Positions 36,280 to 48,500 of a stretch of 64,000 nucleotides of DNA are shown here, piece by piece. The position numbers and the translations under genes are program-made. Origin of the DNA: Macrostomum hystrix. Lineage: Eukaryota; Animalia; Platyhelminthes. The stretch covers positions 4,340,001-4,404,000 of the forward strand of contig CATNEN010000002.1 of the NCBI GenBank assembly GCA_950097015.1. The letters are read 5' to 3'. Position 1 is the stretch's first letter; the number at the start of each line of letters is the position of its first letter. The notes beneath the pieces are model-generated. The model saw only the letters and a program-made list of their open reading frames with translations, searched no databases and was not told the DNA's origin.

Positions 36280-36555
36280 TTAGTCTGTCACAGTACCCAG
36301 CTTGGTAGAGAGAAACTCGGTGGCGCTAATCAGCTTCTTGAGGCTTTGGCTGCGGTTCTCGGCCTGCAGCTTGCGCAGATCGTCCAGATGCCGGGCGCAG
36401 AAGTCATGCAGGCTGGCCAGCTCGGAGGTCAGGCTGATGTTCTGGCAGTCCGGGCTGCTTGAAGAGGCCGGTGGCGCAGCCGAAGCGGCCGAGGAGGCGT
36501 CGCTGTTGCCGACGCTGGTGGAACGCGGTGAGACAGGTGGCCCGGGCGCTGCGGT
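36280..36555 (-). CDS. RASA1: RASA1 last exon (C-terminal helices, stop TAA)
   Basis: LTSELASLHDFCARHLDDLRKL...LKKLISATEFL resembles human LSRDLAALHEICVAHSDELRTL...LKKLLAITELL. Confidence 0.85.
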   Translation of the reverse strand, partial: TAAPGPPVSPRSTSVGNSDASSAASAAPPASSSSPDCQNISLTSELASLHDFCARHLDDLRKLQAENRSQSLKKLISATEFLSTKLGTVTD

Positions 36556-39500
36556 CTGGCAACGACAAATGAGTTATGAAAAATGACAAAACTGCTTAAT
36601 AGAATTAAATTAAACCCTATGTGGGGATAAGATCCTTAATCTTCGGATAAGAACCCCAACCTAGGGATTCTCATCCTGGGATTAGATCCCTAATCTGGGG
36701 ATAAGATCCTCAATCTGGGGATAAGATCCTCAACCTAGGGATTAGATCCTCAACCTGGGATAAGATCCTTAATCTGAGGGACAAGATGTTTAATCCGGGG
36801 ATAAGATCCACGATGTGAGGATAAGTGTTGTGTGCTAATTAAGCGATGCTTGTTAAGCATAGTAGGTGCTTTATTAATGGTTAGGTGGTGCAGCAAGTTT
36901 GTGTGACAAGTTCGACCCCTGGCAACGCTGGAGCTCCAGCGCTGTTATTCCACTTTGGTGGACATTTTGAGAGCTGCACATTCAACCTAAAGTGAGCTGC
37001 CTGAGTTCTTATAAGAGCACGAGTAAGTGACATTTCTACTTGACAATGCCACACACAGTCATCTGGAGTATGCCGTGCAAACTGCTATGAAAATGTTGTC
37101 GCCGTTAATATTTCGTAAACACCAACAACAATCCCCTTGTTGTACCGTTAATTCTTACTACGTTTTGAGCTCAAATAAATGCACTCTAAGTTTGCGTGCT
37201 GATAACGGTCATTGACGCACGCATTTTAGGCCGTTGATGCACGCTGTCTATGGTAAAATCTAGCATTGACGTGGCACGCTGAGACTGCCTATTGTTTGAT
37301 AATGTTACTTAGAGCTTAAGAACGAGGTTTTATAATTTCGTCAAGAGTATTTGGGGCATAGACAAAATCCTAATAAACAGCAGTGAAAGATTGAGGGCAA
37401 CAACCAATAAATAAGAATAATTTGAGTTGGGCTCATATCGCAACAATAAGATCATTAATCAGGGGATAGATACTAAAATTCTGTGGATAACCTAACGGAA
37501 ACATTGTGTCTTTGAGCACGACACCCATAGCTACAGCTCAGCCAGCTTTAAGGATGGGTAAAATGATCAGCTGGGTCACGAATTCGGGTGGGTGTCGCGG
37601 CCTACTACCCAGTCCATGGACTGAAAATCTGTACGCACCAGGCAGGCATTAAGCTTCAGGAACAAATCGGAATTGTCGCACACAAACGGCTTGACTCGTT
37701 CCATGCAGGCCTCGCGAAAGCTGCGCGACTGATTGGCGAACAGCTGCAGGGCCTTGGCGGCCAGCTGCAGCGAGCGCATGACCTGCGGACTGGCGTCCTG
37801 GTGCAGCTGCGGACCGAACACCAGCCGGAATTTCGTCGTCAAAGCCGGGCAGAACAGGCGCAGAAAGAAGAAGGCGGAGAGCACCCTGGCTGTGGCCTGG
37901 GGAAACCGCCGGGTGGTCTCCAACTGACAGGCAGAGCTCACGCGAAGCAGCACGGAGGGACAGCCGCAAGACTGGCAGTGCTGCAGGGTTCGCCGCATGC
38001 AGGTCAGCAGCAGCTCGTTCAATCTGGCCGCGTTTTTAGCGGCCGCTGCCTCCGCCTCCTCCTGGTCGTTGAGCTCGCCGCTGGAGTGCAACAGCCGGTC
38101 GACCTTCAGCTCCAGGTTGGCGTTTGCTCGCACGATCTGAATGTTGGTTTTTGAAATTTGATAATTTATTATGAGATACCACAGATAGTACCTCACAGAG
38201 ATCCTCATATGAAATTTTCGATTTCCAACATTTTGATATCCCAAAACAGCCTTGACTTTTCGATAGCTCAAACAACTCTAAAGCTAATACTAATTTTTGA
38301 ATACCTAAAAATCAATGCATATACCATATAAAAATTATCTTAAAATTAACCGCTGACTTCTACCTGAATGCCTGATACACGACTACCGACTCGCTATCCC
38401 AAAATATCCCAAACTACCGACTCGACATCCCAAAATATCCCAAACTACCGACTCGATATCCCAAAATATCCCAAACTACCGACTCGACATCCCAAAATAT
38501 CCCAAACTACCGACTCGATATTCAAACATCCTAAAAACATACTCGATATCCTAAAAAGATCCCTAACTACCTATTCAAAATCCCAAAAGATTCCTACTTA
38601 CCTACTCGATATCCCAAACAATTTTTTCGATGTCCAAAACTACCGACTCAATATCCCAAAATATCCCAAACTACCGACTCAATATCCCAAAATATCACAA
38701 ACTACCAACTCAATATCCCAAAATATCCCAAACTACCGACTTAATATCCCAAAATATCACAAACTACCGACTTAATATCCCAAAATATCACAAACTACCG
38801 ACTCAATATCCCAAAATATCACAAACTACCGACTCAATATCCCAAAATATCACAAACTACCGACTCGATATCCCAAAATATCACAAACTACCGACTTAAT
38901 ATCCCAAAATATCACAAACTACCGACTCAATATCCCAAAATATCACAAACTACCGACTCGATATCCCAAAATATCACAAACTACCGACTTAATATCCCAA
39001 AATATCACAAACTACCGACTCAATATCCCAAAATATCACAAACTACCGACTCAATATCCCAAAATATCACAAACTACCGACTCGATATCCCAAAATATCA
39101 CAAACTACCGACTCAATATCCCAAAATATCACAAACTACCGACTCGATATCCCAAAATATCACAAACTACCGACTCAATATCCCAAAATATCACAAACTA
39201 CCGACTCAATATCCCAAAATATCACAAACTACCGACTCAATATCCCAAAATATCACAAACTACCGACTCAATATCCCAAAATATCACAAACTACCGACTC
39301 GATATCCTAAAATATCCCAAAATATCCCAAACTACCGACTCAATATCCCAAAATATCACAAACTACCGACTCGATATCCTAAAATATCACAAACTACCGA
39401 CTCAACATCCCAAAATATCACAAACTACCGACTCAACATCCCAAAATATCACAAACTACCGACTCAATATCCCAAAATATCACAAACTACCGACTCGATA

Positions 39501-42500
39501 TCCTAAAATATCACAAACTACCGACTCGATATCCTAAAATATCACAAACTACCGACTCAATATCCCAAAATATCACAAACTACCGACTCAACATCCCAAA
39601 ATATCACAAACTACCGACTCAATATCCCAAAATATCACAAACTACCGACTCGATATCCTAAAATATCACAAACTACCGACTCGATATCCTAAAATATCAC
39701 AAACTACCGACTCGATATCCTAAAATATCACAAACTACCGACTCGATATCCTAAAATATCCCAAAATATCCCAAACTACCGACTCAATATCCCAAAATAT
39801 CACAAACTACCGACTCAACATCCCAAAATATCACAAACTACCGACTCAATATCCCAAAATATCACAAACTACCGACTCGATATCCTAAAATATCACAAAC
39901 TACCGACTCGATATCCTAAAATATCACAAACTACCGACTCAATATCCCAAAATATCACAAACTACCGACTCAATATCCCAAAATATCACAAACTACCGAC
40001 TCAATATTCAAACATTCCTAAAAACATACTCGATATCCTAAAAAGATCCCTAACTACCTATTCAAAATCCCAAAAGATTCCTACTTACCTACTCGATATC
40101 CCAAAGATCTCTAACTAAAAAACATCCCCAAAATTCCTAACTTCTCGGTGTCACGATATCCTAAAAGATCGAATTTCCAATATCCCCATCCCGACAGATC
40201 CCACCGAGTACTCTCAATGAGCCAGACAGCTCACCTCGTGCACCATGTCCCCAAGACACTGTCGCACAAACTGCATCGGCTCCTCCGTAACTAGGTAGAC
40301 CTCCAGAGCAGCGGTGCCGATCGTGGTAGTGCGGAAGAGCACCCCCTCCGAGTCGTTGTTAACGGCTTGAATATCCCCTAGCAACAAGCTGGTGAGCAGT
40401 TCGGCGCCCCGATTGTGATAGGCGAACACCTTGTAGATGGCCCTAGCCAGGTAAGTGAGGTCCTCGGATTGGCAAACTCCTCCCAGGGTTCGCAGACAGT
40501 CGATAGAATCCTCGGCGGCGAGAACAATGTCCCTAATTGGTACGTATTCTTTGCTAGCCAGCAAGACTGCGTGGCCAACGCGGCGAACCGAGAAGCAGAG
40601 CTGGACCTTGTCGGAGCTCGCAGGCAGCTTGTAGTCGGCGGTGCGGCCCAGTTGAAGATCCGATACGGGGACGTCCAGCTTGACGACCTTGGTACTTTTG
40701 GCAGCCTTCACCAGGCTGAGGTGCAGGCTGATGGTGTGCACACATTCCGGGAAGAAGTCACTGCGAAATTAAGAAAAATGCGAAGGCGATAGTTGGTAAG
40801 TAGTAGTGTAAGGACATAGCAAGCATTTTTGTATTCGAAGCAAAATAAAATTAAAATAATCCATTTGTTACGATTATAGGAACCCTTACATACTCGTCTT
40901 GTATTACGTATTTTTTCCAAGATATAAATTTGAAAAAATTCCTGTTTCGTTAAATTAGTTTTCAAAAATGATAACTTTCATAATTTTAGTTTCTAAGAAA
41001 GCTACTTTTTTTATTATAAATTTCCAAGAATGCCAACTTGTAAGAATTGATCATTTATCGAGTTTTTTTTCTAAGGATGCTAACTTTAAAGTTTTTTCTT
41101 AATAAAGGATGGTGGCAGCGTGTAGCTTTGGAAAATACAATGTCCAAGAGTGGCTGTTACTTAAAACTATTATTTTTAATTGCGGCATCTTTTTACCTTT
41201 CAATAAAAAATTGTAATCTCTAAGAACTTTCTATTTTGAGAAAAATGTTATTCAGAATTCACAGCTTCATTGAAACTAGATTCCGAACATTTTTTTTAAA
41301 CAAAAACACTTTTTAAAAATTCTAAATTTCCAAGAAAACATGTTTCTTGGAAAAAAACTTTTTATTTCCAATAATGTCTGCTTAGATTAGATTCTATTTA
41401 ATGTTCCTAAACTCTAAGTGTGCAGCACCGGATCCACAGTGACTCACCTGACTCAGTCTCATAACAGTACAACAACCAGTCCAAGAACTGGGTCAAAGCC
41501 TGCAAGACTTGCCTGCCAGATTGTTAATAGGAAATCAAACCCGGATTCAGAAAGCGGAGAATTAAACATAATGCTCACAATACGCGATTGAACAACAACA
41601 TGAAGGAAACAGCAAAATGTACTTGATGACCCAACAACCGCCCACGCTGTTTAGTTTAGTTATGACACCGAATGTGGACACCAAGCAGATAAAGTATTTT
41701 GTGCAGATGGCTATAAAAGTATTTCACCTTCTGTACTTTTAATTTAGCATCTAATAATGGGGTCACATCTGCAGCTAACGGCACAGCCGCCGCTATTCCA
41801 CAGCGCTTCTAAAGACTAGGCTGCGTTCAGCTGCTCAGTCCATGGACTGGCGGGCGTCTTAGAATTCTGAGAATTTCAGGTAGTATTAGTATGAGAGTAA
41901 TAGGAGAAGGGATAGAAAATAGGAGCAAGGGTAGAAGAAAGGAGTAGGGGGTAGAAAAAGGAGCAGGGTAGAAAATAGGAGCAGGGGTAGAAATAAGGAG
42001 CAGGGGGTAGAAAATAGGAGCAGGGGTAGAAAATAGGTGCAGGGGTAGAAAAAAGGAGCAGGGGTAGAAAAAAGGAGTAGGGGGTAGAAAATAGCAGCAG
42101 GGGTAGAAAATAGGTGCAGGGGTAGAAAAAAGGAGTAGGGGGTAGAAAAAAGGAGCAGGGGTAGAAAAAAGGAGTAGGGAGTAGAAAATAGGAGCAGGGG
42201 TAGAAAATAGGTGCAGGGGTAGAAAAAAGGAGTAGGGGGTAGAAAATAGGAGCAGGGGTAGAAAAAAAGGAGCAGGGGTAGAAAATTGTATCAGGGGGTA
42301 GAAAAACAGTACTAACTAATATTCTGCTAAATTAATTAGTAGATCATAAAAATGATTAAAAAACTTATTGAGCATTGGATTAGAAGCTTAGTTTAAAAAA
42401 TGCTTTGATACTTCGAGACTAAAATATATTATCGCAAGCTGACATTAAATTGGCCCCGCTAAAAAATCTAGACGGAAAACAACTGGCTTCAAAGCCATTG

Positions 42501-45500
42501 ATGAATTCTGAGATAGTGGCACTCACAAGTGGAACGGCTCGTCCCAGTTGATCATGAGTTCGTCGTCCTGCTCGCGACGATTGGACCGAGTCTTGGCCAC
42601 CATGACGCCATTGAAGTGCACAGTGACAAATGCTGTCTTACAGCTCACGCTGAGATTGCGAATACCCTTCACCGTCACCTGGAGATTGAGCACGGATTTG
42701 AGCAGGGTATTGATAACGAAGTATTTTAGGTAATAAGATTCTCAGGATAATGGGGTTTTTCAGATGTGGATACTTTAAATGTCGAAATTCAGGTATGGAT
42801 ACTTCAGGATAGTAGGATACTTCAGGCGAGGATACTTCAGGCGTGAATACTTCAGGATAGTAGGATACTTCAGGCCAGGATACTTCAGGTGTGGATACTA
42901 CAGGCGTGGATTCTTCAGGTGTGAATACTTCAGGATAGTAGGATACTTCAGGCCAGGATACTTCAGGTGTGGATACTTCAGGCGTGGATTCTTCAGGTGC
43001 GGATTCTTCAGGTGTGGATACTTCAGGCGTGGATTCTTCAGGCGTGGATTCTTCAGGTGTGGATACTTCAGGCGCGGATTCTTCAGGCGCGGATTCTTCA
43101 GGTGCGGATTCTTCAGGCGTGGATTCTTCAGGTGTGGATACTTCAGGCGTGGATACATCAGGCGTGGATACTTCAGGCGTGGATACTTCAGGCGTGGATA
43201 CATCAGGCGTGGATACATCAGGCGTGGATACTTCAGGCGTGGATACATCAGGCGTGGATACTTCAGGCGTGGATACATCAGGCGTGGATACTTCAGGCGT
43301 GGATACTTCAGGCGTGGATACTTCAGGCGTGGATACTTCAGACGTGGATTCTTCATGTTAACTCAGCAAGCCCAACATGCCTTTGATTCGATATCAGTCT
43401 AAATAAATAATATAAACATGCAGATAAAAATCGCAGGCACAAACCTCCAGCGTGCTGATGTGCCTGACGCTGCCTCCCCGATGGCTGGTGTGGTTGCAGA
43501 CTTTGCTGCATTTGCAAACCGGCTTCAATGCCTGCTGCCATTCGGCCAGCACCTGGGCGGAGTCGGCGGACAGGACGTAAACATCGGGTGGCGTCGATGT
43601 TGCTGAGGCCTCGTTGAAGATGACGAGTTGAAGGCACTGCGGCTTGTCGTAGGCACCCTGGCAGACGGGGTACAGGTGAGCGAACTCCAGTGCAATGAGA
43701 CCCTTCGGCTTGCCCCGCCTTCCAGACTCGGTGACTGGCGACAGCAGCACCTCGTAATTATCTCCGTCGCGGCGATGCAGCGTGCATCGCTGGCGCTTCC
43801 AGACTCGCTGGCGAATCCGGCGCTTGGGAAAGATGCAGTGCAGCTCCGAGGTCAGCTGGCCATCGCGGCCCTGCATAGACGACAGCCGATTCTCAGCGTA
43901 GATGTCGTCTCTGGGCAGATTGTTGTCCGCGAGATTCCTACGCAGTAGCGGCACCTTCAGAATAATAATAATTGTAGGAGGGCTGCGGGCAATGGCACAT
44001 CATTTGGTGACACCAGACCCGCAGCCAGCGAAGAGGCAGTTCGGCTCCATTTCGCTGACTCCTGAGCACACACGCACACAGATACCGTACGCAGGCATAC
44101 GCTCACACAGGTTTAACATCGTCAGGCAGTGTACACTCTGACTGTGCCTTGGAGGTTGGCCCTCAAGTGTGTAAATTGCACGACAAGCCCCCAAGCCTTC
44201 TCTCCGCGGCTGCGCCCCAAATGAATGTGTCCTAGCCGCGGAATCGAGCTAACGGACATTGGTGCGACAGGCGAAGGCGTTAGACCGCTCTGCCACCGAC
44301 CACCCAAAGCACCTTCAAAGTTACGGCATTCTCCTTGTCGATGAAGGTCTGCGAGTAGCGCCTGATGATTTCATCGATGGTGGCAAACTCGCGGCCGGAC
44401 AGTACAAAATGCCGACCGCCGGAGCCTTTTTGAATTTCGAATTTCCTGATCGCGCCGGTGCAATTCACGCACAGCACAGAGATATTTGGATCTCTGGCGC
44501 TTGGCCTGAGCAGATAGGTGCCTGTGCTCCGTGTCTTCAGCTCCTTCACTTGATCCTCCCAGTGGCTGGGGTGGTAGAACTTGCACGTGCTCAGCTCGGG
44601 ATCAAAATTGGGCTGCGGGAGATATGAAAAGCGAAATAAAAGTTTAGTTATACACTTATAATAATAATACTAATACTATTACAGGCCTGTTAAACTGCGT
44701 ACGGCTGTTCAGTCCATGGACTGGGGGGACGCCACACCCACCCTCAATTACCCCAGCTGATGCTGGTACCCAGTTGACAGCTGGGTGAACTGAAGCAATG
44801 CAGAGTTACGCGTCTTGCTAAAAGAACACAAATCGTTCCAGTGGAGTCGAAAATCGAACCCATGACCTTCAAGCCGAGAGTGCGATAATCTAAACACAAG
44901 CTACAACCTCTAGAATACACACTAGAGTTCACCAAGCTGTGTAACAATCCAAATGAATTCAATGAGCAGCGTAACTGCAGCTCAGAAGCTCTCGCTGAAA
45001 AAAAACTCTCATTTTATCATTCGCATTCTACAGCAGCTTTTGAGTACGACACACTGGTGTAAAAATGCTCAAAATAGTCTCAAAACACTGCTCAACCGAG
45101 ACGCTTCAGTCCCGCATTTGGGGTGGGTGTTACGGGGATTTGTCAGGGCATCGAACTGGGGAACCCTGAGCGCCAGAATTGTCTCCATTTAGCCTGGGAA
45201 TTTGTCCAAAACTATTCTGCAGTCTCACATACTTCTAATTAGTCTCACATTCGGCTCTATTGGTTGGGGTGGATGACTAGCGGCTAAACCCATTCCGAAA
45301 GCATAGACACATGAAAATCCCATTCCTACAGAAGACACATGAAAATCCCATTCCTACAGCATAGACACATGAAAATCCCATTCCTACAGCATAGACACAT
45401 GAAAATCCCATTCCTACAGCAGACACATAAAAATCCCATTCCTAAAGCACAGACACATGAAAATCACATTCCTACAGCATAGACACATAAAAATCCCATT

Positions 45501-48500
45501 CCTACAGCATAGACACATGAAAATCACATTCCTACAGAAGACACATGAAAATCCCATTCCTACAGCATAGACACATGAAAATCCCATTCCTAAAGCACAG
45601 ACACATGAAAATCCCATTCCTACAGCATAGACACATAAAAATCCCATTCCTACAGCATAGACACATGAAAATCACATTCCTACAGAAGACACATGAAAAT
45701 CCCATTCCTACAGCATAGACACATGAAAATCACATTCCTACAGAAGACACATGAAAATCCCATTCCTACAGCATAGACACATGAAAATCACATTCCTACA
45801 GCATAGACACATGAAAATCACATTCCTACAGCATAGACACATGAAAATCACATTCCTACAGCATAGACACATGAAAATCACATTCCTACAGCATAGACAC
45901 ATGAAAATCCCATTCCTACAGCATAGACACATGAAAATCACATTCCTACAGCATAGACACATGAAAATCCCATTCCTACAGCAGACAGATGAAAATCCCA
46001 TTCCTTAATTAGAGACACATAAAAATCCCATTCCTACAGCATAGACACATGAAAATCCCATTCCTACAGCATAGACACATGAAAATCCCATTCCTGCAGC
46101 ATAGACACATGAAAATCCCATTCCTGCAGCATAGACACATGAAAATCCCATTCCTTAATTAGAGACACATAAAAATCCCATTCCTACAGCAGACACATGA
46201 AAATCACATTCCTACAGCAGACACATGAAAATCCCATTCCTACAGCATAGACACATGAAAATCCCATTCCTACAGCAGACAGATGAAAATCCCATTCCTA
46301 CAGCAGACAGATGAAAATCCCATTCCTACAGCAGACACATGAAAATCCCATTCCTACAGCATAGACACATGAAAATCCCATTCCTACAGCATAGACACAT
46401 GAAAATCACATTCCTACAGCATAGACACATGAAAATCACATTCCTACAGCATAGACACATGAAAATCCCATTCCTACAGCATAGACACATGAAAATCCCA
46501 TTCCTACAGCATAGACACATGAAAATCCCATTCCTACAGCATAGACACATGAAAATCCCATTCCTACAGCAGACAGATGAAAATCCCATTCCTACAGCAG
46601 ACACATGAAAATCCCATTCCTACAGCATAGACACATGAAAATCACATTCCTAAAGCATAGACACATGAAAATCACATTCCTAAAGCATAGACACATGAAA
46701 ATCCCATTCCTACAGCATAGACACATGAAAATCCCATTCCTACAGCAGACAGATGAAAATCCCATTCCTTAATTAGAGACACATAAAAATCCTATTTCTA
46801 CAGCAGACACATAAAAATCCCATTCCTAAAGCACAGACACATTAAAAACTCATTAATAAAGGAAATATAAACAATAAGAAATAGAAACATTTTAACAAAT
46901 TCTTAATAAAATAAAAATGAAAGATTAAATAGCCAGTAAGATAAGCAAGCGATACCTGATGTCTGCAATTCTGTGAGCAGCATGCTCCTAACAAGCTTGC
47001 CAAACTCCAGTTAGTACGATGCATTTTTGACGCCAGCAAATGTTGCTTTGCAGATCTCAAATCACTCAAATCACTTTATTCTTTGTTGAGACTCTTTGCA
47101 GTCGCCCTATAAACTGTTGCTTCCAGGCGAAATAAATAACAAACAGGTTCACTCATCCATCCGCATTCCGCAACAACCCCCCCCACAGGCGAGCTACTCA
47201 ATGCGCGGACAGCCCACAAGCAGCGAATGGCGGTTTTTTGAGCAGTTCTTCAAAAGTCAGCGGCGAGTGAGCACAAACCGATGCTGCGCGCCTATACGCT
47301 GGGGTAGGCTGGGATTAGGAAGAAAACTGAGCCGGGCTGACTTATTTGGGCATATTTTTACTCCTACTGGTAGAATTTCCCGCCCCAAGTCACTTTTGAG
47401 CATAGGTAGGTTGTTTAAGAATATTTCTAAACAACTCGAGCCTAAATCAGTACGGTAGCAATAATCCAAATAATTGTTTCAGTTCCGATCCACGCGCTTC
47501 CGTCCTGCTTCAAACTGCAGTCTTTGTTTCCGCAATTTAGCAATAGTAACTACCGATAAAATCGCACATCCTAAAGATCGAAATTCACGAGATAATCCCA
47601 ATTAACCGTAATCTGAAAATGTCGAATTCTAGAGAAACGTGACCTGGAAACAAGTAATTTTTAGTTTAGGTAATTATTGATCCTTTTTCAATATAATAGA
47701 TAATCCTACAGATCCCTTTTTACAAGAAAATAGATAATCCTACAGATCCCCTTTCCAAGAAAATAGTTAGAAAATAGATCCTTTTTCAATAAAATAGATA
47801 ATCCTACAGATCCCCTTTCCAAGAAAATAGATAATCCTACCGATACCATTACAAGAAAATAGATAATCCTACAGATCCCCTTTCCAAGAAAATAGTTAGA
47901 AAATAGATCCTTTTTAAATAAAATAGATAATCCTACAGATCCCTTTTCCAATAAAATAGATAATCCTACAGATCCCCTTTCCAAGAAAATAGATAATCCT
48001 ACAGATCTCCTTTCCAAGAAAACATGTAATCATACAGATCACCTTTCCAAGAAAAAAGATAATCCTACAGATCCCCCTTACAGGAAAATAGATAATCCTA
48101 CAGATCCCTTTCCAAGAAAATAGATAATCCTACAGATCCCTTTCCAAGAAAACAGATAATCCTACAAATCCCTTTCTAAGAAAATAGATAATCCTACAGA
48201 TCACCTTTCCAAGAAAATAGATAATCCTACAGATCCCTTTCCAAGAAAATAGATAATCCTACAGATCCTTTTTTAATAAAATAGATAATCCTACAGATCC
48301 TTTTTCAATAAAATAGATAATCCTACAGATCCTTTTTCAATAAAATAGATAATCCTACAGATCCCCTTTCCAAGAAAATAGATAATCCTACAGATCTCCT
48401 TTCCAAGAAAACATGTAATCATACAGATCACCTTTCCAAGAAAAAAGATAATCCTACAGATCCCCCTTACAGGAAAATAGATAATCCTACAGATCCCTTT

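Noticed and set aside
44960-47410. Possible MITE bounded by aaatgctcaaaa / ttttgagcat motifs around the 30-bp array
   Set aside because: Only short scattered inverted motifs; no clear terminal inverted repeat or TSD could be defined.
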